A stretch of 64,000 nt of DNA, taken from the NCBI GenBank assembly GCA_965217775.1, contig CBDCJH010000002.1, positions 640,001 to 704,000 on the forward strand, in the 5' to 3' direction. Of this stretch, positions 41,701 to 51,500 are shown piece after piece (positions within the stretch are counted from its first letter, which is position 1; each line of letters begins with the position of its first letter). The position numbers and the translations under genes were made by a program. The notes under the pieces are model-generated. The model saw nothing but the letters and a program-made list of their open reading frames with translations. It did not search any database and was not told the DNA's origin. Source of the DNA: Acidobacteriota bacterium (GTDB lineage: Bacteria > Acidobacteriota > UBA6911 > RPQK01 > JAJDTT01).

Positions 41701-41908
41701 AGAGTCGGCCCTGCTCGTCGAAGTCGGCGGAGATGGGGCGTTCCACCAGCGGCGGCCCGGCGACGAGTTCCAACTCGAATCCTTCGGCCACCGTCAGCGT
41801 GGAGTCGTCGGGCGTTTCGTCAACCTGGACGAGCTGGTATAGCAGAGCGGAAACGGCCAGCAGGACCAGCCCCCAGAAGAGGGAAGAGCGAGGAAATCCG
41901 GATTTCAT
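38777..41908 (-). CDS. PVC-type membrane-bound dehydrogenase: beta-propeller, HEAT repeats, cytochrome c
   Basis: EGFELELVA, LEDTDGDG, FHPTDV, HEAT-like repeats, CSSCH heme motif, GPDLT, SVMP. Confidence 0.9.
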   Translation of the reverse strand: MKSGFPRSSLFWGLVLLAVSALLYQLVQVDETPDDSTLTVAEGFELELVAGPPLVERPISADFDEQGRLYVTESSGSNDPVKQQLEQKPHRVKRLEDTDGDGRFDRSTPFADGMMIPQGALWFDGSLYVAAPPSIWKLTDTDDDGVADEREEWFAGKTLTGCANDLHGPYLGLDGWIYWTKGAFAEQTYERPDGPPLVTRAAHIFRRRPGDPWIEPVLTGGMDNPVDVVFTPRGERLLASTFVQHPKLGRRDGIVHAVHGSVYGKTHGVLGGHAKTGNLLPAMLHLGPAAPCAQTIYASQVFGGEYQGNLFACLFNLNKVTRHVLEPSGATFTTRDSDFLVSGDRDFHPTDVLEDADGSLLVVDTGGWYKLCCPTSQLHKPDVLGGIYRIRRKGASGPEDPRGLRIDWASAGGGQLTELLDDPKPAVRSRAIGELAKKGSPEVPVLIRTLSTSDSVEARRNAVWTLTRIDHAEARTAVRQALSDGDESVRQAALHSVGVWRDADSGPRVLELLEQGAASIQRVAAEALGRIGDRRAVPGLLARAGANNGRILEHSLIYALIEIADPDGTANGLRASSPHTRRAALIALDQMPGGGLTPETVTPLLADDEPILKQTASWIAGHHPEWGEELARYFRWRLALRGVGSEERAELIRQLSKLGRNDTIQSFLASTVAGTGSTESRLTALRAMAGSSLKKTPSVWVDGLAAVLSGDDAALIREAVATLRALPDPGEEDAGRLKEVLLGVGRDSTRDDELRVNALAAVPGELDGLDPGLFELLQAALGPAAAVDARTGAAGVLGRSRLTRDQLLELAESVRTAGPLVLSPLLGAYRNGGDEDLGLRLMAAVRDSRGLNGLRADVMSQALANFPPPVQRQGEQLLASLEMDPVEQLARLEDLLATLDEGDIRQGQAVFNSNSAACSSCHAIGYQGGRSGPDLTRIGDVRNRRDLLESILFPSASFVRGYEPMVVVTESGEIHQGVITEDGQEEVEMVTGPDTEVRVARSEIREIRPGNVSVMPSGLEEQVSREDLASLLAFLSNARRRPR

Positions 41909-42210
41909 GGATACGGCCTCCCGCGGGTTCAAGGAATGTTTGGAAGCGATTAAAACACCGGTGGGCAAGGATTAGAAGCGGCCCTCGACCCGCCATGCGG
42001 ATGGATTTGACGCCGCCGCTTCCGGATTTCCCCCAAAGGGACGATTATTCGCTATAGGTAGTAAAACAAGGGCCAAAATTTACTATCAATGGACAACTCT
42101 TGCCAAGAGACGTGCATGGGAGAGGGGAGGTTCTTGTCCCCTACGATCCCACGAATCCGCGGTTGACGACCTCCGTCCCCATTCCGTTGGCGCAGGCTCC
42201 TAGGCGAGTC

Positions 42211-42897
42211 TCAGAACAAGCCCCGCTCGGGCGCCGGGGCCAGGATGTCCGGATGGTTGTTCCGGACGCTGTTCACCTTGGTGCTGACGGCGCGCTTCTC
42301 GTAGGGGCCGGCGTAGGGTTCACGGACCAACTCAAGGAGCTTACTCGCCGACGATGACGGATCAAGCCAGTCGTCGAATCGGCCGGGGTCGACGATGGCG
42401 GGTTGACGGTGATGGACGTCCGTAAGTCCGGGAGCGGCCTCCGTGGTGATGATGGTGAACGTCTCGCGGGTTTCCGCCGGACTGCTCCAGCGCTCCCACA
42501 GCCCGGCGAACGACAGGAGAGAACCGTCGCCGAGGGCCAGAAAGTAGGGCTGCTTGTTGCGGCCGTCGCTTCGCCACTCGAACCACCCGTTCGCCGGCAC
42601 CAGGCAGCGGCGGGAACGGAAGGCGGAGGCGAACGACGGCTTGGAGTGCACCGTCTCCGACCGCGCGTTGATCAGCCGGAAGCCCATCCGGACGTCCTTG
42701 GCCCAGGATGGCACCAAGCCCCAGCGCAGCTTGACGACCCTGCGCCGGCCGGCCTCGTCGAGCCGGCAGGCCGCGAAGTCCTGGGTCGGCGCACCGTTGT
42801 ATCGGGGCGTCAGACTCGGCGGCGCGGCCGGTTCCTGATAGCGGTACAGGTCGTGGACCTGACTCCACGACATCATTTGAGTGAATCGTCCGCACAT
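42211..42897 (-). CDS. SOS response-associated peptidase (SRAP/YedK/HMCES)
   Basis: MCGRF N-terminus, WGLVP, INARSET, RRCLVPANGWFEW, HHRQP. Confidence 0.93.
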   Translation of the reverse strand: MCGRFTQMMSWSQVHDLYRYQEPAAPPSLTPRYNGAPTQDFAACRLDEAGRRRVVKLRWGLVPSWAKDVRMGFRLINARSETVHSKPSFASAFRSRRCLVPANGWFEWRSDGRNKQPYFLALGDGSLLSFAGLWERWSSPAETRETFTIITTEAAPGLTDVHHRQPAIVDPGRFDDWLDPSSSASKLLELVREPYAGPYEKRAVSTKVNSVRNNHPDILAPAPERGLF

Positions 42898-42917
42898 GAC
42901 CGGGCACTCTCCGTCTT

Positions 42918-44393
42918 CTATTCGGGAGGCGAATAGTCGAACTCGTCGAAAGGAAACATCGGCCGGGGCATCCTCACGAACGGGAGGGAGGTCAAGTCGG
43001 GACTGCAGCACCCGGGGCTGTTCACGACGATGATGGAACGAGCGATGGGTTCGTACTCGGTGCGCATCCCCAGGGGTGACTTGACCAACACCAGCTTCAT
43101 GTCCCGAGGTTCGATTCCGTGGCTTCGATACAACTCCGGATCGGTCGTGGGGACGGGCCGCTGGGAAATCAGCAAGCGGATGCGTCCGATCGACAACACG
43201 ACAGCCCTCCCCATCATGACCAACCGGCCGGTGTAGACGCGGCCCTTGTAGCGGAACTCGCCGTCGGAAATGAGCTTGACCTTGCCCGTGACGCGAACCG
43301 GTGTAGCGTAGTCAGGATCCAACTTTCCCCCGACCCGCAGGGTGACGGTATTCCCGACCCCCGCCCGAATCGCCTCCTCGACCGCGCCAGGATCGACGAC
43401 TACGGCCGCCACCGGCGCATCGATTCTTTTTTTCAGAATACCGGCCAGAATACTGGTTCCGTCGCCGGGCGCGCCCCCCATGGTGCCGTCCGCACCCTCC
43501 CCAAGCACCACCGGACCCCCAGGTGTTTTCAGAGCCTGCTCCAAGGCCTCGTCCACCGAGGGAAGGGAAATGACAAAAGACTTCCTGACGGACCAGATGA
43601 AGCGGGCCAGTTCATCGGTCTGCGATTTGGCTCGAGCCGGATCCTTGTCCGTGATGACCAACGAGGCCCAACCCAACTCCTGCACGTCCATCCAGGGTTG
43701 GACTGCAAACACCGAAGCGGAGATCGTTGCTCCTTGGCCCTCCAAGGACCGGACACGGTCATAAATCCGGCGGAATTCGCCCCGGTCGGTGAGCATGTTT
43801 TCCGCTTGGACCACCATCGGGATCTTTACGGCGTGCATGGTGGGGCGGACCTCGCGCCGGAGGCGGGAAACCATCAAGTCACCCGCTCGCCGTCCGGTGT
43901 CGTAGAGATCCACGTGAGGACAGGTCTGATAGCCTACCAGGGCGTCGGCATTCTCCCACATGGTGCGGGTCAGGTTGGAGTGGAGATCCAAGGTCGCGAC
44001 GATGGGAACCGAGGGCCCCAACAGTGCTCTCAGCTCCCGCAGGATGGTGCCGTCGCAACTGTCGATTCCCTCGCCGGCCCAGGCGCCGTGCAGCGCCAGG
44101 AGCAACCCGTCCAGGGGCCGGGCCTTCCTGATTCCCTCCTTGAGGTCGTCAAGCAGCGATTGGAAATCATACGCCTTGATCCTGCCGTAACTTACGGCCC
44201 ACCCACCCAGAATGGGCGCAATCTGCGCCCCCGCCTCGGTCAGGGCATCCACGAATCCATGAATTTCACTGTTTTCCGTTTTGTGGCTTTCGATCAACTC
44301 GTGACCGGGAGTCATCAGGAAATGGCCGCGGACCGTGGCTTGAGGGGAAAAAGTATTCGTCTCTTGCAATAATGCGGCAATTGCCACTTTCAC
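42918..44393 (-). CDS. M81 family metallopeptidase (MlrC-like)
   Basis: QETNTF, LALHGA, LDLHSN, PHVD, GGAPGD. Confidence 0.9.
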   Translation of the reverse strand: MKVAIAALLQETNTFSPQATVRGHFLMTPGHELIESHKTENSEIHGFVDALTEAGAQIAPILGGWAVSYGRIKAYDFQSLLDDLKEGIRKARPLDGLLLALHGAWAGEGIDSCDGTILRELRALLGPSVPIVATLDLHSNLTRTMWENADALVGYQTCPHVDLYDTGRRAGDLMVSRLRREVRPTMHAVKIPMVVQAENMLTDRGEFRRIYDRVRSLEGQGATISASVFAVQPWMDVQELGWASLVITDKDPARAKSQTDELARFIWSVRKSFVISLPSVDEALEQALKTPGGPVVLGEGADGTMGGAPGDGTSILAGILKKRIDAPVAAVVVDPGAVEEAIRAGVGNTVTLRVGGKLDPDYATPVRVTGKVKLISDGEFRYKGRVYTGRLVMMGRAVVLSIGRIRLLISQRPVPTTDPELYRSHGIEPRDMKLVLVKSPLGMRTEYEPIARSIIVVNSPGCCSPDLTSLPFVRMPRPMFPFDEFDYSPPE

Positions 44394-44478
44394 GGAAAGG
44401 CTCCCTCGTTCTCTATTCCTCAACGGAAAAGTCTAGGGTCATGCCGTTCAACCTACAAGTCTTCCAGGAGTTGTTCCC

Positions 44479-45426
44479 ATGAATCGAAGAAATTTTATCG
44501 AGACCGGTCTGACGGCCGGTGTGGCGGCCGCCTCGACCGGCATTCCCCAGGCGCAAGGGAAGAAAACGGGCCGGCTCACGCTCCCGCAGCCGCGCAAGAT
44601 CGCGCAGGAGGTGTTCGGCGCCGGCGGCTACGATGCCATCTGGTACCTGGTGAACGTGGGATTCGTGGTCCGCCTGGGAGAGGTCTGCATCTTCCTGGAC
44701 CCGATTCTCCAGAGCGGCAATCCCCTGTACGCCAAGTTGCGCCAGCAGCGTCAGCGTGCGGATCGGCTGCCGCCGGAGGTTCGATTCTACGATCCCGGCA
44801 GCCTCTACCTGGAGACCGAGCACTACCCGCTCTCCGGCTCCGACGTGAAGCGGGCCGACTACGTTCTCCTGACCCACGACCACACCGACCACTGCGAGCC
44901 CCGGTCGGTCAAGGCCCTTTCCCGCCACAATCCCAGGATCCTGGCTCCGCCGTCGTGCCACTCCATGTTGACTGAAGCAGGAGTTCCCAAGGAGCAGTTG
45001 CAGCCGGTCGCGCATGGGGAACGCATCCAGGGGGAGGGCTTCACCATTCAGATTCAATACGCCCACCATAGGAATTCGGAGGGCGCTTGCGGATTCCTTC
45101 TGGAGACCCGCTACGGCAACATCTACCATCCGGGCGACGGCCGCTTCGACCACCCCCACAAGGCCGAGAACTGCGGGCTGAAGGTGGACTACCTGCTGCT
45201 TCCCATCAACGACACCAACCTGGGCGTGGGATTCGCGGCCCTCCTGACCCGGATCCTGCAGCCCAAGGTGGTCATTCCCTGCCACTACGGATTCACCTCG
45301 CCGCCGGTACGTTCCCAGGGCGGACACCCGGCCGAGTTCGTCACCGCCCTGGCGGCGCGCAACTACCGGTTGCCGGCCACCGATATCGCGATCCTCAAGC
45401 CGGGAGGGAAGGTCGTCCTGGTCTGA
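44479..45426 (+). CDS. MBL-fold metallohydrolase, Tat signal
   Basis: MNRRNFI, THDHTDH, YHPGD, PCHY. Confidence 0.88.
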   Translation: MNRRNFIETGLTAGVAAASTGIPQAQGKKTGRLTLPQPRKIAQEVFGAGGYDAIWYLVNVGFVVRLGEVCIFLDPILQSGNPLYAKLRQQRQRADRLPPEVRFYDPGSLYLETEHYPLSGSDVKRADYVLLTHDHTDHCEPRSVKALSRHNPRILAPPSCHSMLTEAGVPKEQLQPVAHGERIQGEGFTIQIQYAHHRNSEGACGFLLETRYGNIYHPGDGRFDHPHKAENCGLKVDYLLLPINDTNLGVGFAALLTRILQPKVVIPCHYGFTSPPVRSQGGHPAEFVTALAARNYRLPATDIAILKPGGKVVLV

Positions 45427-45589
45427 ACCTGGCGGGCCCCCACCGCCCGGGTTGGACCAGCCGGAAGTTGCGGCGGGAATGCCTCAAGCGTACCCTTGCG
45501 ACGGCCTGTGAGTGGTCCTCGGAAGCCGGATCAGTCGCCATTTCGGCCAGACAATCGAGGCAGAACTACCGATCGTGGAAGGAAGGCAC

Positions 45590-47113
45590 ATGAACCGTAT
45601 CGTAACCGTCGTCCTGGTGGGATTCTCGATCACTCTAGGAAGCTGGACCCGACTGCCGGCCCAACACATCCCGCGGGTGACTCCCGAGCACAAGCAGCTC
45701 TTCGTCGACGACTACCTCATCGGGAAGCTGGTCAACGTCAAGCGCACTCTGCATCAGCCCACCAAGCACCCGGACCCCATGGTCCGGCCCGTCCATCCCT
45801 GGGAAAACTTCGTGGTGCAGACACGTACGGCCCCGATCTGGGACCCGGAAGAGAAGATGTGGAAGTTCTTCTACATGGCCTTTGCGAAGAAGGGGAAGGG
45901 GACGAAGGAGCAGCATACCTCCCTGTACGCCATCTCCACGGATGGACTCCGCTGGGACAAGCCGGTGCTGAACCTGATCGAATGGAACGGGTCCAAGGTC
46001 AACAACCTGGTGGCCCACCACGATCGCGGCGACCAGTTCTTGTATCACGTCGTCTACGATCCCCACGACGTGCCGGAACGGCGCTACAAAGGCATGTTCG
46101 GTCTTGGGAAGCGGCAACCGGCGGTATCTCCGGATGGCCTTCACTGGACGCCCCTGGAGGTCTCCGCCGTCCCCAGCGCCGATGAATCGCAGTTGATCTA
46201 CGACGAGCTGGGCAAGCAGTTCCTCTCCACCGTCAAGCACGCCGCACCTTACGGACGGTCGGTCTATCTCACCGTGAGCAAGGATTTCGCAAACTGGACC
46301 GAGCCCAGGCTCATCTTCCATGCCGACGGCGAGGACCAGGTCCTGGGCCGGCAACGGATCGCCGATCGCATGTCCGATCCCCGTTGGGTTCCGATGACCA
46401 TCAACCAGCCCTCGCACTACAACGTGGACATCTACAACATGCCGGTCTTCCCCTACGAGGGCATGTACCTGGGTCTTCCCATGAAGTTCCATCAGACCGG
46501 TCCCACGCCCATCGGCAACCAGGACGGTTTCCACATGGTGGAGATGGTCTCCACCCGGGACCTGATGGAATGGCAACGGGTGGCGGGACGGGCCATCTTC
46601 ATTCCCCTCTCCTACGACGGGTTGGGCCGCTACGACACCGGCACCATCGTTCCGCCGACGCGTCCCATCGTGAGGGAGGGTGAACTCTGGTTCTACTACA
46701 GCGGTATGCGGCGGCGCTTTCAGCCGGACAACATCGGCCCTCTCGTGGACGGAAGACGGCGCTACGTCTCGGTCCCGGACAATGGGGCCATCCTGCTGGC
46801 CAAGTTGCGTCTGGACGGGTTCGTCTCCATGGATGCCGGCCACCAGGAGGGGACTCTTACGACCGTGCGCCTGCACCTGGAAGGCAAACGGATGTTCGTG
46901 AACGCCGACGCGTCCGGCGGCCAGATCCGGGCCGAGATCCTGGGCCCGACCGACACCTTCTCGTTGGACAAGAGCGTGCCGGTCCAGGGAGATCATCTGA
47001 AGGCGGAACTCAAGTGGAAGGGGACTCCCGACTGGGCCGCACTGGAAGGGAAGCAGGTCCGGATCCGCTTCCACCTGCGCCAGGCACGCCTCTTCGCATT
47101 CTGGACCGAATAG
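45590..47113 (+). CDS. Secreted five-bladed propeller glycosidase-like protein
   Basis: QLFVDD, STDGLRWDKP, SPDGLHW, STRDLMEW, LRLDGF. Confidence 0.65.
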   Translation: MNRIVTVVLVGFSITLGSWTRLPAQHIPRVTPEHKQLFVDDYLIGKLVNVKRTLHQPTKHPDPMVRPVHPWENFVVQTRTAPIWDPEEKMWKFFYMAFAKKGKGTKEQHTSLYAISTDGLRWDKPVLNLIEWNGSKVNNLVAHHDRGDQFLYHVVYDPHDVPERRYKGMFGLGKRQPAVSPDGLHWTPLEVSAVPSADESQLIYDELGKQFLSTVKHAAPYGRSVYLTVSKDFANWTEPRLIFHADGEDQVLGRQRIADRMSDPRWVPMTINQPSHYNVDIYNMPVFPYEGMYLGLPMKFHQTGPTPIGNQDGFHMVEMVSTRDLMEWQRVAGRAIFIPLSYDGLGRYDTGTIVPPTRPIVREGELWFYYSGMRRRFQPDNIGPLVDGRRRYVSVPDNGAILLAKLRLDGFVSMDAGHQEGTLTTVRLHLEGKRMFVNADASGGQIRAEILGPTDTFSLDKSVPVQGDHLKAELKWKGTPDWAALEGKQVRIRFHLRQARLFAFWTE

Positions 47114-47121
47114 GCTGATCC

Positions 47122-48501
47122 ATGACCGATCGGAAATCGCCACAACCGCGTGTGATGCGGGTCTCGGGAGAGACCATCACGGCCCTGGCCTGGATCGGGC
47201 CCATGCTCATGCTCCTGGCCGAGGCCATCGGCAGCGGCGAGATTCTCACCGAGCCCGTCGCCGGCGCCCGCTACGGAGGAGCCCTGCTCTGGCTGATCCT
47301 CCTGACCATCGTCACCAAGGCGTTCTGGAACGAAGCCATCGGCCGGGTCTGCATCGTCACCGGTCAGAACTTCCTGGAGGTGTGCTCCGGGATGGGAGCG
47401 CCCTGCTCCTGGGTGCCCTGGATCTGGTTCTGCGTCAACCTGATCAAGGACTTCCTGCTGCGAGGCGGGATCGTGGCCATCGCCGGGCTCATCTGCCACG
47501 ACATCTTCGGCGGCCTGCTGCCGGGAGCGGGAGAGGTCCAGCAGCAGGTCTTCTGGACCTTCCTCAACTTCCTCCTGGTCTGGGTGATCCTCATCGCCGG
47601 CGGCTACCGGCCGGTGGAGACCTTCAACACGGTCATGTGCCTGCTCTTTACCCTCAGCCTATTGATCTGCGCCAGTTTCGTGGCTCCGGACGTGACCGGA
47701 GAGCTGGGCCGGGGGCTGGTGCCGCGAATGGCCACCGACTTCGACCAGTTGCTGGTCATGATGTCGCTGGCCGGCATCGTCATGGCCGGCTCGGGCACCA
47801 TCAAGTACAGCGCCTGGGCCGAGGAGCGGGGGATGGGCCTTCTGGGCCACGCCCGGGAAAAGGGCCGTTTGACGCGGGAGCAGTTTCAGCCCAACTCACC
47901 GGAGGAGGTGAGCCGCATGCGGGGCTGGCTGCGGATCAACCGGACCAACATCGTCCTGACCTATGCGCTGGGCCTCATCGTCTGCATGTCCACCTTCATC
48001 CTGGGGGTGGGAATTCTGCACCCGGCGGGGATCACGCTTGCGGGTCCCGGCCTGGCGCGGGAGTTGAGCCTGATGATGACGGAGGTGCTGGGACCCTGGT
48101 CCCGGAACGTCTTCTATCTGGGCGCATGGGCCGCCATCATCAGCACCGCCATCTCCATCTTCGACGGCTCCTCGCGCATGTTTCTGCAGCCCCTGCGGAT
48201 GAAGGCGCCGGGGCTGTTCGGCAAGATGTCTCCCCAGGTCTGGCAGAAGCTGATCCTGAGCCTGATGATGGTCGGCTCCTGGGTCGTCTACGCCTTCTTC
48301 CCCAAGCCGATCACGCTGGTCCTGGTCATGGGGGCCATCGATACACCCATGATTGGCATCATGATGGTGGCCTACGCCTTCCTGGGGCGGAAGTATCTAC
48401 CGGCCGAGTACCGCTACGGCAAGGCCTGGTGGGCAAGCATCCTGTTGATGGGGTGCCTCTACCTGGCCCTGGGAGTGACCTACGCGTTTCTGAAGGGCTG
48501 A
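47122..48501 (+). CDS. Nramp-like (APC superfamily) transporter
   Basis: IGPMLMLLAEAIGSGE, GARYG; about 11 TM segments; lacks the canonical DPGN metal motif. Confidence 0.75.
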   Translation: MTDRKSPQPRVMRVSGETITALAWIGPMLMLLAEAIGSGEILTEPVAGARYGGALLWLILLTIVTKAFWNEAIGRVCIVTGQNFLEVCSGMGAPCSWVPWIWFCVNLIKDFLLRGGIVAIAGLICHDIFGGLLPGAGEVQQQVFWTFLNFLLVWVILIAGGYRPVETFNTVMCLLFTLSLLICASFVAPDVTGELGRGLVPRMATDFDQLLVMMSLAGIVMAGSGTIKYSAWAEERGMGLLGHAREKGRLTREQFQPNSPEEVSRMRGWLRINRTNIVLTYALGLIVCMSTFILGVGILHPAGITLAGPGLARELSLMMTEVLGPWSRNVFYLGAWAAIISTAISIFDGSSRMFLQPLRMKAPGLFGKMSPQVWQKLILSLMMVGSWVVYAFFPKPITLVLVMGAIDTPMIGIMMVAYAFLGRKYLPAEYRYGKAWWASILLMGCLYLALGVTYAFLKG

Positions 48502-48561
48502 CGGCCCGTGGCAAAGTTGTGTGTGAGAGAAAAAGGGGTGTGGCGGGAGAGACGGAGATGC

Positions 48562-51500
48562 TCACGCAGAGGCTCGACTGCTCTGCGAGTCCCAGTCGCC
48601 GTTTACCGTCACCTGGGAAATTGAACTGCCCAGGGTTTGCCGTGCGATTTCCAAGAGGTGGAGGTGGTGGGTGAAAAAGAGCACTTGTGTCTTCTTGGCC
48701 AATTCGCCCAGCACTTGGAAGCCGGCTCGTGCTCGGTCGTTGTCGAAGTTGACGAACAGATCATCGGCGACGAACGGCAGGGGGGAGGCATGCTCGAGAT
48801 AGTCTTCCATGGCAGCGATCCGCAAAGCGAGATAAAGCTGGTCCCCGGTTCCGCTACTCATTCCTGGTACGCGTACAACTTCGCCGCTCGGTCTCAATCC
48901 GGTCAGATGGGCTTTGTCCTTGGCATCGTAATCAACTCTAAGTTCGGTAAAAGAACCTCCCGTGACGGTTGCAAAGAGCTGACCGGCGCGTTGGAGAAGA
49001 GGCGCCTGCTTTTCTCGCCGATAGCGGTCGATTGCCCATTGCAGCAAAAGAGCAGAGGTTTGCACACGGACATAACGCTCGGAAATTTCACCGATCTCCA
49101 CCAGAGCTTCCTGCCGTGTTGATTCGGCTCGGGCTGCCACCGCGTCACCACCGATCGCCTGGAACGCGTTTCTGGCCTCTGCCCGCTTCTCGGCAGCTTC
49201 AGCCAACTGCTCCTGCAATCTCTTCAGCCGTGCGCCGGTGGTGTTTTCCCGGGCCACAATCTGGTCGATATCGACGTGGTCGCATTCTTCTTCCAGTTCA
49301 GCCGCTGTCAGGCCGTCCCCCTGTTGCTTCAGCGTTCGCAGAACAGTGTCCAGCTCAATTTGCACGGCGCGAAGAGAATCGGATTTTTCGATGGCCCTCC
49401 TCAGTTCCTCGCTCGTCTCGACGCCGGCCGCGTCCTTGAGGTAGTTCACTGATCCGCGCGCCGTTTCACGTTTCTCATCCAAAGCACGCAGGTCGTGCTC
49501 GAGTTCTCCCATCTCCTGCTCTTTCTTGGCCTTGATGTCCCGTATGCGTCGAGCTCTCATCAGGCGATTCTCGATCTCCAGGACCGCCTCCTCTGCCGGT
49601 GTGCCGGCAAGGTCTACTGCCACGTCATCGACCATCGTTGCGACAACGGCCTCGAAGTCGATGATGTCGCGCTTGATCTTGCCGATGCGTTGGTAGCGCA
49701 GATCGTTGATCCGCAGGGATTTTTCCCGGATCTGTTCCATGACTTCGATCAGAGCGGAAACCGAATCCGGGTTCGAGCCTGTCGTAAGTCCAACATCGGT
49801 CAAGGCGTCCGACCAGTCTTTCTGCCAGCGCAGCCATGCCTGCCGTGCCCGATCCAGTTCACGGCGCCGCCGCCCCACCGTCTGTTCAGCCTCCTTCAAG
49901 CGTTCTTCCAATTGATTCCTGGTTTTTGCCTCTTCTTCGTAGTCGATTCGTAACCCCTCGGCGCGTTCCAGCAATATCCGAAGTGTGTCGTCTCTCAAAG
50001 TTCCGCGCTCGGCGCCGAGTGACGACAACTCCTTTAAGAGACCCTCCCTCGCTTCGCGTTCCTCTTCTTTCAGGACTTCCATTGCACTGGTGGCTTCGGC
50101 CCGATCTTCAACGGCTTCCAGCAAGCTTGTTCTTGCTCTCAGCCACTCCAGCATGAGGTCGGGAGCAAGCGCAGAAATCGGCGCCTCTTTCCATAGTGCC
50201 TGCCAATCCGCATCCAGGCGTTCGCCCTCCCGGAGGAGTGTCTCCTGCCGCTCGCGCATTTGGGCCACACTCGCCATTTGCTCGTCGATGCTGCGGGACA
50301 TCTCCGTCAGGCGTCCGACCGCTTCGGCGTTGTCGAATCTTCGATCCGCCAAGTCGTCGGCATGGCGTATTGCGGGTTCGAAGGCCGCCGCCAGGTCATC
50401 GAGCGCATCGGCATGGCGATCGGCCTCCTTTTTGGAAATGGGCCGATTGGATATGTGTTTTTTCTTGACCAGTCTCCAGAGGGCGTCACGATCAGCTCGA
50501 GCCTCTTGGAGTGTTCCGACCGAAACAACCTGCTCATCCCGTACAGCGCTCCGGAAATTTCTGCGGGCCCGATCAAGTTCCTCCTCCGAGGTCTCACGTT
50601 GCCGGACCGTGTCGCGGGTGCGTCGTTCCCAATCCTGAAGGCTGTCCCGATGCGCGTGCACCATAGTCTCCGGTGGCACCCGCATTTCTGCGGCGGCTCT
50701 TGCATTTGGGACTGTCGGGTTCATGGAGGCAAGAAGTCGGTCCAGCCGATCCTGCGTATGTTTGACTTCCCGTACCGCCCGGCGCAGGCGCCCGGTAACG
50801 TCGCCATGTTCCCGAATCGTCTTGATGACGGCTCTCAATCCGGAAACGTCGGGGGCCGTACCGAAAGCCTCGATCGTCTGCTCAAAGTCGTCGCGTTCGA
50901 CCTCTGCTTCTTGCAGGCTGCCGGCTCGATTCTCGAGGTCCGAGGCCAGCCTGCCTCGTTGACCAAGAAGGGACCTCACAGCGCGAAGCTTGGTCCGTGC
51001 CGGTATTCGTGCGACCACCTTGCGGGCGTCCTCCCTCCAGCCCAACTCTGTAGACAGATCGCGCAACTCGGCTTCCACCGCTTCGAGTTCGGCCTGCCGC
51101 TTCGGGAGGTCGGCTTTCTCGCGACGGATCTCTATCCGGCGTTCATGGAGGTCCAAGATATCGTGAGAGCGTAGGATCAGCCTATTGTCGAAGGTGAGGT
51201 TCGCCAGTTCTTCGCGCGCCTTTGCCAAATGATCGGAAAGCGTGTCGATTCGGGTCGACAACTCGTTGTCCCGGCGCTCGGCTTCTTCGAGGACACTGCG
51301 GGCATCATCAGGCAGTGAGATGACCCTTTCAAGATCCGCGATATCTGTCTCCTCTCTCAGTACGGCCATGCGACAGACATCGAGATACACTCTCCGGATT
51401 CGGCTCAGCCGTCGACCTTCGGCAGATAGTTTCTCGAACTCGGACTCGATTTCCCCATAGGCCTCTTCCGCACGCTCGTACGCCTTTTTCGATTCCTGCC

